Assembly: GCA_026003895.1 (NCBI GenBank)
Contig: BPIC01000007.1
Span: 19,473 to 83,472 of the forward strand
Source: Dehalococcoidia bacterium
GTDB taxonomy: Bacteria > Chloroflexota > Dehalococcoidia > SpSt-223
Direction of reading: 5' to 3'
Length of the DNA: 64,000 nt
The position numbers and the translations under genes are program-made. Of the stretch, positions 16,950 to 25,440 are shown piece after piece. The notes under the pieces were generated by a model. The model saw nothing but the letters and a program-made list of their open reading frames with translations, did not search any database and was not told the DNA's origin. Within the stretch, counting starts at the first letter, position 1, and each line of letters starts with the position of its first letter.

Positions 16950-18353
16950 TCAGGCCGAAGGCGCCGGGGAGAAGGCCCGGGCAGCGGCCAACCACTGCCT
17001 CGCTTCGGCGATCGCCGCCGCCACTTGGGTTGGCGCCGTGCCGCCCGGCACGTCGCGGGCTGCGAGGGCGGCGGAAACGTCGATAGCTGCAACGTCGTCG
17101 CCGAAGAGCGGAGAGTGCACTCGCAGCTCCTCGGGTGTGATGGCCCGCAGCGAGCTGCCCGCCTCTTCGGCGCGTCGCACGAGCCTGCCCGCGATCTCAT
17201 GGGCCACGCGAAACGGCAGCCCTTTGCGGACGAGATAATCGGCAAAGTCGGTGGCGAGCGCGTCGTCGGAGATCGCCGCCTCCATCCGGGCCGCGTTTAC
17301 GGTCCAACTGGCCACCATGCCGCGGAAGACGTCGAGGCAGGAAAGGAGGGTCTCGGCGGCGTCGAAGAGCGGCGGCTTGTCCTCTTGGAGGTCGCGGTTG
17401 TAGGAGAGCGGCAGCCCTTTCAATAGTGTCAGCAAGGCCATCAGATCGCCGTAGACGCGGCCGGTCTTGCCGCGCACCAGCTCGGCGACGTCGGGGTTCT
17501 TCTTCTGCGGCATGATGCTGCTGCCGGTCGCAAAGGCATCGTCGAGCGTGATAAAGCCAAACTCGGCGCTTGTCCAAAGGACGACTTCCTCGGCAAATCG
17601 CGAGAGGTGGGCCATCACCAAGGCGGCGGCAGCAGCGAATTCGACGGCGAAGTCGCGGTCGCTGACGGCATCGAGGCTATTGCGGGTGATTCGGGTGAAT
17701 CCGAGTTCTCGCGCCACGCGCCACCGGTCGATCGGGTAGGGCAGCCCGGCGAGCGCCCCGCTGCCAAGTGGGAGCTCGTCTGCCCGCGCCCAACAGTCTT
17801 GAAAGCGCCCGACGTCCCGGCGCAGCATTTCCACGTAGGCGAGCAGGTGATGGCTGAAGAGCACCGGCTGCGCTCGCTGCAAGTGCGTATAGCCGGGCAT
17901 GACAACGCCGAGATGGCGCTCGGCCTGGTCGACGAGGGTCTCGGCCAAGGCGACGATCCGCCGGACGGTCTCGGCACTGGTGTCGCGCAGCCACAGGCGG
18001 AGGTCGAGGGCAACCTGATCGTTCCGTGAGCGGGCGGTGTGAAGGCGTCCCGCCGCCTCGCCGATGAGCTCGGCAAGACGCGCTTCCACATTGAGGTGGA
18101 CGTCTTCCCGGTCGGTGCGCCAGACGAATTCGCCGCGCTCGATCTCGCCGGCGATCTGTTCGAGACCGGCGACGATCGCCTCGGCGTCGGCAGCCGGGAT
18201 AATGCCTTGGGCGGCGAGCATCCGGGCATGGGCGATGCTGCCAGCGATGTCGTAGGGCGCGAGGCGGCGGTCCGTGTCGATCGAGGCGGTGAACGCTTCG
18301 ACAGCGGCATCAGTGCCTTTGGTGAATCGGCCGCCCCACAGCTTGTCGCTCAT
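16950..18353 (-). CDS. argH: Argininosuccinate lyase
   Basis: 467 aa: MSDKLWGGRFTKGTD..., GYTHLQRAQP, GSSIMPQKKNPD (fumarate-lyase signature). The start ATG overlaps the argG TAA by 1 nt (TAATG). Confidence 0.95.
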   Translation of the reverse strand: MSDKLWGGRFTKGTDAAVEAFTASIDTDRRLAPYDIAGSIAHARMLAAQGIIPAADAEAIVAGLEQIAGEIERGEFVWRTDREDVHLNVEARLAELIGEAAGRLHTARSRNDQVALDLRLWLRDTSAETVRRIVALAETLVDQAERHLGVVMPGYTHLQRAQPVLFSHHLLAYVEMLRRDVGRFQDCWARADELPLGSGALAGLPYPIDRWRVARELGFTRITRNSLDAVSDRDFAVEFAAAAALVMAHLSRFAEEVVLWTSAEFGFITLDDAFATGSSIMPQKKNPDVAELVRGKTGRVYGDLMALLTLLKGLPLSYNRDLQEDKPPLFDAAETLLSCLDVFRGMVASWTVNAARMEAAISDDALATDFADYLVRKGLPFRVAHEIAGRLVRRAEEAGSSLRAITPEELRVHSPLFGDDVAAIDVSAALAARDVPGGTAPTQVAAAIAEARQWLAAARAFSPAPSA

Positions 18354-19606
18354 TAGTGAGTCCCGGGCTCGGTCTTTGGCGGCATGATCGCGCGTAGTGA
18401 TTCGGCGCTCGGCAGCAGTTGCTTCGCCGCTTGGACGCGCGCCGCCATGCCGGCAATTTCAATGAAGCCGAGTGCTGCTTGGTGGTTGAATTGGTCGCCG
18501 CGGCCGTAGGTTGCAAGCGCCTCAGAATAGAGCGAATTGGGCGACTTGCGCCCCACCACCGTGCATGACCCGCGATTCAACCGGACCCGCACGGTGCCCG
18601 TGACAAAGCGCTGGGTGCTCTGCACGTAGGCCATCAGGTCGGCGTGGTGCATGGTGAACCAAAACCCGTTGTACACCATGTCGGCGAATTCGCGGGAAAC
18701 AAGCTGCTTGAAGCGCTGTTGTTCTTTGCTTAGGGTTAGCTGCTCCAGATCACGATGCGCCTCGAGGAGGACGGTCGCTGCCGGGGCTTCGTACACTTCG
18801 CGCGACTTGATGCCGACGAAGCGGTTTTCGATGTGGTCGATGCGACCGATTCCATGCTCGCCCGCAATCTTGTTTAACCGGGAGATGAGCTCGACGCCGT
18901 CCAGCCGCTCGCCATCCAAGGCGACGGGGATGCCTTGCTCGAACTCGATTTCAAGGTAGCGAGGCGTAAGCGGGGTCTGCTCGATCGGCTTGGTCCACAG
19001 GAAGGCATCCTCCGGCGGTTCGACCCACGGGTCTTCGAGCACGCCGGATTCGATGCTGCGTCCCCAGAGATTGACGTCGACCGAATAGGGGCTCGTCTTG
19101 ACGAACGCGCCGAGGTCGAGACCGTGCTGCTCGGCATAGGCGATTTCGTCCTCGCGGTTCCACGTCCATTCGCGCACTGGGGCGATGATCCGGAGGTCCG
19201 GCGCAAGCGTGCTGATGCTAATGTCGAACCGGACTTGGTCATTGCCTTTGCCGGTGCAGCCGTGGGCAACGGCAACCGCGCCATGCTCGCGGGCGACATC
19301 GACGAGGAGTTTGGCAATAAGCGGCCGGGCGAGCGCGGTGGCGAGCGGATATTTGCCTTCGTAGAGCGCGTTGGCTTGCAAGGCGGGCCAAACGCAGGCG
19401 CGGACAAAGTCGTCCCGGGCGTCGATGACGAGCGCTTCCTTCGCGCCAATCGCGAGCGCGCGGCGGCGGATGGGCTCGATATCCTTCTCGTTTCCGAGAT
19501 CGATCGTCAGAGCGATAACGTCGAGACCGTACTTTTCCGGAATCCAGCGGATGGCGACCGAGGTATCGAGCCCCCCGCTGTAGGCGAGGACGACGGTGTC
19601 GGGCAT
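18353..19606 (-). CDS. argG: Argininosuccinate synthase
   Basis: 417 aa: VVLAYSGGLDTSV, AVAHGCTGKGNDQVRF, and the SPYSVDVNLWGRS region. GGAGGAG upstream. Confidence 0.95.
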   Translation of the reverse strand: MPDTVVLAYSGGLDTSVAIRWIPEKYGLDVIALTIDLGNEKDIEPIRRRALAIGAKEALVIDARDDFVRACVWPALQANALYEGKYPLATALARPLIAKLLVDVAREHGAVAVAHGCTGKGNDQVRFDISISTLAPDLRIIAPVREWTWNREDEIAYAEQHGLDLGAFVKTSPYSVDVNLWGRSIESGVLEDPWVEPPEDAFLWTKPIEQTPLTPRYLEIEFEQGIPVALDGERLDGVELISRLNKIAGEHGIGRIDHIENRFVGIKSREVYEAPAATVLLEAHRDLEQLTLSKEQQRFKQLVSREFADMVYNGFWFTMHHADLMAYVQSTQRFVTGTVRVRLNRGSCTVVGRKSPNSLYSEALATYGRGDQFNHQAALGFIEIAGMAARVQAAKQLLPSAESLRAIMPPKTEPGTH

Positions 19607-19754
19607 AGCTCCTCCGGCTTGGAACGATAGGGCAGCGCTTGCAACCCGATCAAGGAGTCGCTCGCCGTCGAAGAAGCCACGAGCGGTTCGTCACGACAAC
19701 GGCTGACGGCGGGTGGTCAATGGCGGCTAGTGGCTCGAGCTTGGCCCGGCCGGT

Positions 19755-20270
19755 CTAGGTGTTGCGGTGGCGCCGGGTTGCGCCGGCCTCGGAGTCGTAG
19801 GTGTCGCCGCTGAGGGCGAGGGCGTTCACTGGGGCATTCGGGTTGGGAGTGAACGCCGGGTCGACGGTCTTGTCGCTTTTGATCTGGGCGAGGTTGGTGC
19901 GGGGGAGGCCGCCGACCTTCGTGAAGTCGCCGCCGATGAACCACCCGCCGCTGCCGTCTGAGACGACCGCGAACACGGTGCCATTGACAGCGGGCCACGA
20001 GGCGTCGCGGGCGCCGCTGGTCGGGTCGAGGGCGACGAAGGAGCCGGTTGGGGGACCGACGTAGGTGAAGTCGCCGCCGAGGTAGACGGTGGTGCCGCTG
20101 CGGAGGACGGCGTAGACGGGGCCGTCGGTGATCCACGTGGTGGCGGGGGTGTCGCTGGGGGTGGCGGTGGAGCGGGTAGCTGGGTGGAGCAGGGGGAGGA
20201 CAGGGAGCAGGAGCAGGAGGAGCGCGAGGCGGGCAAGGTTGGAGCGCGAGAAGCGCGAGCGGTGGCCCAT
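19755..20270 (-). pseudogene. Truncated 5' copy of the DUF5122 propeller gene (signal peptide plus about 3 blades)
   Basis: ATG 20270 with GGAGG upstream. MGHRSRFSRSNLARLALLLLLLPVLPLLHPATRSTATPSDTPATTWITDGPVYAVLRSGTTVYLGGDF... is collinear with the first ~155 aa of the 16764 gene. Homology is lost near 19800 (ALALSGDTYDSEAG...*). Confidence 0.7.
19801..20270 (-). repeat. Direct repeat copy B (pairs with 16289-16764)
   Basis: Same orientation as copy A. The two copies bracket argG-argH. Confidence 0.8.
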
Positions 20271-20402
20271 GACTAGGGACCTCCATTGGCATCGGTGGAT
20301 GGTGAGCGATCTCCGGATGAGGGTGGCAGGGAGAGCGCCCTCGGGAGACCCTGAACGCGAGGATAGCAAGGGGAGCGCGGTGGGAGCAAGGCGAGGCGGC
20401 GG

Positions 20403-20426
20403 AGCGGGGCCTTAGGGGGCCCCGCT
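20403..20426 (-). terminator. Hairpin homologous to 14981-15006
   Basis: agcggggcc-ttaggg-ggccccgct forms a 9-bp stem. It follows the remnant tail coding sequence that ends with TGA at 20433-20435. Confidence 0.3.
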
Positions 20427-20432
20427 GGTGGG

Positions 20433-20567
20433 TCAATCGAGGGGCTGAGTGCGCAGGGTGATAGGGATCTGTTAAGCGGTGGTGGGCGTCGGCCGTGTGA
20501 TCAGCGGGGCGAGCCCGAGTGCCAACACGAGAAGCGCTCCCGCTACCAGAACGCCCGGTCGACGCAT
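20433..20567 (-). pseudogene. Remnant of a third propeller paralogue: signal/TM peptide fused to the conserved C-terminal tail, interrupted by TAA
   Basis: Minus-strand translation gives M(SM)RRPGVLVAGALLVLALGLAPLITRPTPTTA-TAA-QIPITLRTQPLD-TGA. The last ~17 codons and the flanking hairpin align with the 3' end of the 15012 gene (..NPTTAQQIPITLLTQPLG-TAG). GGGAGG lies upstream. Confidence 0.4.
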
Positions 20568-20732
20568 GGACATGCCTCCCAACTAAAGGTCGCGCCGATA
20601 AGATGGTTGTTCGTAGCGTTTCAGCGTTAGGTGGTAAGTTACCAAAGTCGGGTTGCGACGGGCAAGGCAGCACGCGGTAGCGGGAGACGCCCGAGTGGCT
20701 TGCTCACCGTGGCGATCGGTACACTTCGGCTC

Positions 20733-23291
20733 ATGATCCCGATTCGGCTGCGCCTGCGGAATTTCCTCAGCTATCGCGAGACCGAACCGCTCCACTTCGA
20801 CTCGTTTCAGATTGCGTGCTTGTGTGGGGAGAACGGCCACGGCAAATCGACCCTGCTCGATGCGATCACGTGGGCACTCTGGGGGCGCTCGCGTGCGAAG
20901 ACCGATGACGAGCTCATCCACCATGGGCAGACCGACATGGAGGTCGAGTTCGAGTTCCAACTCGGTGAAGCACGCTACCGGGTCATCCGCAAGCGGTCGC
21001 GCGGCAAGGGGAAGTCGGTCGCGGGTCTGGAGCTCCAGATGGACGCGGGCGGCCGTTTCACCTCGCTGAGCGGCAACTCTATCCGCGAGACCGAGCAAGC
21101 GATCGTGGACCTGTTGCGTCTCGATTACGAAACCTTCGTGAATAGCTCCTTCTTGCTTCAGGGGAAGGCCGATTCGTTTACCATCAGTCCGCCCAGTAAG
21201 CGGAAGGAATTGCTCGCCGAGATTCTCGGCCTGACGCAGTATGACGAGTTGGAAGCGCGTGCCCGCGAGCGTGTCCGCACGTGCAAACAGGCGATCGAGC
21301 ACATCGACGCCAAGATCGAACAGATCGACGCCGAACTTACCAATGAACCGCGCTATCGCCAATTGCTCGAGACGTTCGTCCTCCAAGCGACGAAGCTCGA
21401 GGCCGAGGTCGACCAGCTCGACGGGGAGATCGAAGGGCAACAACAACTTCGCCAGCACCTTGGTAGCGCGCCCCAGCTCATCCGCGAGATTGAGGAGGAG
21501 CTTCGCCGGGCAGACCAGCTTCAGCAGGCGCGGCGGAAGCGGCTCGACGAGCTCACGGCGCAGATCGAGAGCGCCGAGCGTGTGCGGGCGGAGCGTGCCG
21601 AAATCGAAGAAGGGTACGCTTGCTATCAGGCCGCACAGCAGGTTGTGGCCGAGCAGAGCGACAAGGCGTCACGCCTGCACGACCTGCAGGCCAAGCGGCA
21701 GCAGCTTGTCGCTGCCATTCAACAGGCAGTTGCTAAGCTGGAGCAAGAACGTTCCCAGCTTTTCGGCAGAATCGAGCAGCTCACTGCCGCCGCCGGCGAT
21801 GTTGTCTCGCTGGATGCGGAGATTGCCGCGCTTGCGGAACGCGTGGAGGCGGCGCAGGCGCGGCGCGAGGCGCTCGCAACGCGGCGGGAACTGCTCCAAC
21901 AACTGGTTGAGCGCACCGGTCAGTACGCCGCCGAGCAGGACCAACTCCGCCGTGAGATGAAGGGCTTGAAGGAGCGGATCGAGTACCTGCGCGGGATGTC
22001 GCGCTGCGAAACCTGCGGCCAAGATCTAAGCCCACCGGTGCGCGACCGACAAATTGCGTTCCTTGAGGCCGAGGGCAAAAAGCTGGGTGACCGTTTCCGC
22101 GATCTGAAGCGGCAGATTGAGGAGCTTGCTGAGCAGCGCGCCGAGGAACAGCGCGCCATCGCCGAGGAAGATGCCGCGGTCCGCGCGATCCTCGACGGTG
22201 AGGGTCGCCGCCTCGCTGGGCTACGCGAGCGCCGAAACGCAGCGGTCAAGGCGGCAGCCGAGCTGGAACGGCTTCGGCCGCGGCTTGCTACGCTGGATGA
22301 AGCGCTCGCAACCCGCCGCTATGCGGAAGCCGAGCAGGCAGCCCTCGCGGAACTCGACGCCGCGATCGCGGTGCTCGACTTCGACAACGAGGCACTCAAA
22401 GCGGCCCGGGAACGCGTCGAAACGTTTCGGCCGTTCCTCGAACGCTATGGCCGATTGCAACAGGCGGACGAGCAGATTGAGCGCTGGCGGGGCGAGGCGC
22501 AGGAGCGGGCAAGCGAGCTTGCCGACGCCGAGCGCGCGATTGCTCGGCGCAAAGGGGAACTCGAGGAGTATCGGCAGCGCGCCGCGCAGCTCGCTGGGGT
22601 CGAACAGCGACTTCAGCAGCTCGGGAGCGCCCTCGCTGCCCTCCGCCAGGACTACCTCGAGGCGGACCGCCAGCGCTCCCGCTACCAACAGCTTGTGGAC
22701 ACCTGCGATCAACTCCGCGCTCAGCGCGTCGAATACGAAAAGGAGCGCGGCGAGGCCGCCCGCGAGCTGGGAATTTACGAAGAACTTGCCCGCGCGTTTG
22801 GCAAGGGCGGGGTGCAGGCGCTCATCATCGAGACGGTGCTTCCCGAGATCGAGGAAGAAGCCAACGCGTTGCTCGCGCGCATGACCGACGGGAGGATGCG
22901 CCTCGCCCTCGCGACCCAGCGCGAAACGCAGCAGGGCAAGCTGGTCGAAACGCTGCTCATCCAGATCTCGGACGAGCTCGGCCTGCGGAATTACGAGTTG
23001 TTTTCAGGTGGCGAGGCGTTTCGGGTCAATTTTGCGCTTCGCATCGCGCTAGCCAAGCTGCTGGCCCGGCGCGCCGGCGCGAGGCTCGAGACCTTGGTGA
23101 TCGACGAGGGGTTCGGCACGCAAGACGCCAGCGGTCGCGACCGCCTCATCGAAGCCATTCGGTCGATCGAGGGCGACTTCGCCAAGATCATCGTGGTCAC
23201 CCACATCGATGAATTAAAGGAAGCATTTCCCGCCCGCATCGAGGTCACCAAAGGCGCGGACGGCTCGAAGTTCGCGGTCTCTCGGCGTTAG
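20733..23291 (+). CDS. sbcC: SbcC/Rad50-family DNA repair ATPase
   Basis: Start at ATG 20733 (MIPIRLRLRNFLSYRE). Walker A GENGHGKSTLLDAITWALWG, long coiled coil, central zinc hook CETCGQ, signature FSGGEAF, Walker B LVIDEGFG, and VVTH. Confidence 0.85.
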   Translation: MIPIRLRLRNFLSYRETEPLHFDSFQIACLCGENGHGKSTLLDAITWALWGRSRAKTDDELIHHGQTDMEVEFEFQLGEARYRVIRKRSRGKGKSVAGLELQMDAGGRFTSLSGNSIRETEQAIVDLLRLDYETFVNSSFLLQGKADSFTISPPSKRKELLAEILGLTQYDELEARARERVRTCKQAIEHIDAKIEQIDAELTNEPRYRQLLETFVLQATKLEAEVDQLDGEIEGQQQLRQHLGSAPQLIREIEEELRRADQLQQARRKRLDELTAQIESAERVRAERAEIEEGYACYQAAQQVVAEQSDKASRLHDLQAKRQQLVAAIQQAVAKLEQERSQLFGRIEQLTAAAGDVVSLDAEIAALAERVEAAQARREALATRRELLQQLVERTGQYAAEQDQLRREMKGLKERIEYLRGMSRCETCGQDLSPPVRDRQIAFLEAEGKKLGDRFRDLKRQIEELAEQRAEEQRAIAEEDAAVRAILDGEGRRLAGLRERRNAAVKAAAELERLRPRLATLDEALATRRYAEAEQAALAELDAAIAVLDFDNEALKAARERVETFRPFLERYGRLQQADEQIERWRGEAQERASELADAERAIARRKGELEEYRQRAAQLAGVEQRLQQLGSALAALRQDYLEADRQRSRYQQLVDTCDQLRAQRVEYEKERGEAARELGIYEELARAFGKGGVQALIIETVLPEIEEEANALLARMTDGRMRLALATQRETQQGKLVETLLIQISDELGLRNYELFSGGEAFRVNFALRIALAKLLARRAGARLETLVIDEGFGTQDASGRDRLIEAIRSIEGDFAKIIVVTHIDELKEAFPARIEVTKGADGSKFAVSRR

Positions 23292-25261
23292 CTCGGCGTG
23301 CCCGGAGCGGCCTCGGTGCGCAGCGACTCACCCACCGCAGGTGGCGCGAACCCGACGAGCAGGTCGCCGGCGCGCAGGAGGCTGTCGCCGCGCACGGGGA
23401 GGCGAACGTCGCCGCGCTGGAGAAAGGCGAGATACGCCTCCCGCGGGAGACGCAGTTCGCGCAGCCGCTTGCCGACCCACGGGGATCCGTCGCGGATCGT
23501 GATTTCGAGGATCGGCAATTCAGCCGTCGGCGGTGTGCTGAACGGGGCACGGTCATCACGGTCGGAAGCGAGGCCAAGCGCCTGTAAGACGTCCGCGCGC
23601 CGCAGCAGGCCGACCAGTCTTGACGAGTCGCGCGGATCGACAACCGGGATTGCCGCCACGCTTTCGATGTTTGGTTCGTCGAGCGCTTGGGCGATCGTCT
23701 GGTAGGGCACCACGGTCGGAAACTCATGGCGCGCCCAAGGGATGACGGCCGAGTCCCTGCCGGTGACGAGAAGCGCTCCTTCGATATCGTGCGGCCCGAG
23801 CAAGCCGATGAGCACGCCGCGCGAGTCGACGATCGGCGCCTCCTCGCCGCGAGCGCGGATGACCTCGGCGGCCTCACCAAGCGTCGATGTCGGGGCGAGC
23901 GTCGGATAGCGCGTCGTCATGAGGTCGCGCACCAAGGTGGTGCTCAGTAATTGGGTGGCGATGGGGCCTTGGGGCCGACCGGCGTCGGTGTCCAGCACCC
24001 GGTAGATCGACCACGGCTCGGCACGGCGTGAAACCTCGGCCGCTCCCCAAGCGAGGGCAACGATGACGAGCACGAGGAAGGGATCAGCGCCGAACTCGAA
24101 GGCGAGCAGGGACCCTGCGAACGGAGCGCGCACGACGGTTGCCAGCAGGACTACCGCGCCAACGAGGGCGAAGGTGCTGGGATCGCCTCCAGGGAGGAAG
24201 GGCAGCAGCAATCCGCCCAACCCTGCGCCGAGCGCCTCACCCACGCCGATAATCGGGCCAATCACGCCGCCAACGCCGCCAAGACCGAGCGTAGTCACGA
24301 GTGCGCTGGCGCGCCCGGCGGCGGTAACCAGCCAGAGCGGGTCGGGTCCGGTGGCGAGGAGGGCGGGCGGAATCGGGTCGATTCCAGCGAAGGCGGGGCT
24401 CACGAGGCTGAGGCCGCCGACAATCAGCCCGCCGATGGCCGGTGTCACAAGCAGCGGTGCACCGAGGCGGCGGAGCGTGCCAAGCACAAGACCGATGAGC
24501 GAGGTTGTCGCTAGTCCGACCACCAGCGCTGCCACAGCGACGGCGAGCAGCGCAATCCAGCCGCCCGGCTCGACGGGGCTCATTCCAACCGGCAGAGCCG
24601 CGGCAACCCCGAGCAGCCGGCCAAGGAGGGCACCGAGCCCGGCGGCGACAATCAGCGCGATCAAATCGCCGGCAGTGGGCCGTCCGGCGACCGTCTCGAT
24701 CGCGAACAACAGCCCGGCAAACGGTGCACCGAAGGCGGTGGAGAGGCCGCCGGCGACGCTCGCCGCGACGATTCCTCGCAGCGAGACGGCACGCTGGCGA
24801 GCCAGCAGGCCGGCGCGGCGAACGAGGGAGGCAGCCAGCGCAATCGTCGGCTCCTCGCGGCCGGCGGCGCCACCAAACACGACAGTCGCCGCCGCCAAGC
24901 CGAACTGGCCAAGGCTCTGGGTGACCCCGGCTGGCCGGCCGGAGAGCAACCGGTCGTAGCCATTGCCCCACCAACGCCGGCCAATCCCAACGAGGATGCC
25001 GCCAACTCCGGGCGCGAGCAGGACGAGGAGCGGGAGACCGCTCTCGAGACGGAAGGCGGTCGCTGCGCCGGAGAGGAACTTAAAGAGGCCGAGCAGCGCG
25101 ACCGAGGCGACCGCGGCAAGTGCCCCCACCACGAACCCGGAAACGGCAGGCCGCAATGAACCAAGGATGGACGTGGACTCAGCGGGAGAAGGTGTTTCGA
25201 TGACCTTTGTTGCGAGCGGTGGGGCAAATTCAGCCGGATCGACCGTCACGGGGCCCCTCAC
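23288..25261 (-). CDS. ClC-family chloride channel/antiporter fused to a CBS pair and a TrkA-C (RCK_C) domain
   Basis: 657 aa with multiple TM segments, GREEPT (cf. GREGP) and GGVGGVIGP. Two CBS-like units follow (LVRDLMTTRYPTL...; ...AAIPVVDPRDSSRLVGLLRRADVLQAL). The C-terminal ILEITIRDGSPWVGKRLRELRLPREAYLAFLQRGDVRLPVRGDSLLRAGDLLV is TrkA-C. Confidence 0.8.
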   Translation of the reverse strand: MRGPVTVDPAEFAPPLATKVIETPSPAESTSILGSLRPAVSGFVVGALAAVASVALLGLFKFLSGAATAFRLESGLPLLVLLAPGVGGILVGIGRRWWGNGYDRLLSGRPAGVTQSLGQFGLAAATVVFGGAAGREEPTIALAASLVRRAGLLARQRAVSLRGIVAASVAGGLSTAFGAPFAGLLFAIETVAGRPTAGDLIALIVAAGLGALLGRLLGVAAALPVGMSPVEPGGWIALLAVAVAALVVGLATTSLIGLVLGTLRRLGAPLLVTPAIGGLIVGGLSLVSPAFAGIDPIPPALLATGPDPLWLVTAAGRASALVTTLGLGGVGGVIGPIIGVGEALGAGLGGLLLPFLPGGDPSTFALVGAVVLLATVVRAPFAGSLLAFEFGADPFLVLVIVALAWGAAEVSRRAEPWSIYRVLDTDAGRPQGPIATQLLSTTLVRDLMTTRYPTLAPTSTLGEAAEVIRARGEEAPIVDSRGVLIGLLGPHDIEGALLVTGRDSAVIPWARHEFPTVVPYQTIAQALDEPNIESVAAIPVVDPRDSSRLVGLLRRADVLQALGLASDRDDRAPFSTPPTAELPILEITIRDGSPWVGKRLRELRLPREAYLAFLQRGDVRLPVRGDSLLRAGDLLVGFAPPAVGESLRTEAAPGTPS

Positions 25262-25440
25262 GATCCTGACTCGACCGGCAGAGCGGCGGCTGCCGGCATT
25301 CTATCGGCGGGGTTTGGCTCCGTCAACGCGCTCACAGCCGAGGCGGTCCACGGTTCTCCCGGGGACGGCTACTACCGGGGTTGGGGACGCCCGGCCGTCC
25401 GGCCGGCGGCGAGGTCGTGCAGATTCGACTCTCGACGTGG

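Noticed and set aside
20583-21458. 291-aa minus-strand ORF overlapping the 5' third of sbcC
   Set aside because: It is antisense to a well-supported gene, is a Leu/Arg/Asp-rich mirror of the coiled-coil coding sequence, and has no start context.
20733-23291. SbcC-like ATPase considered as the core of an SMC/Rad50-type defence system (Lamassu/Wadjet/Gabija-like)
   Set aside because: The N-terminus, zinc hook and C-terminal motifs match housekeeping SbcC. No nuclease, kleisin-like or other partner genes are nearby.
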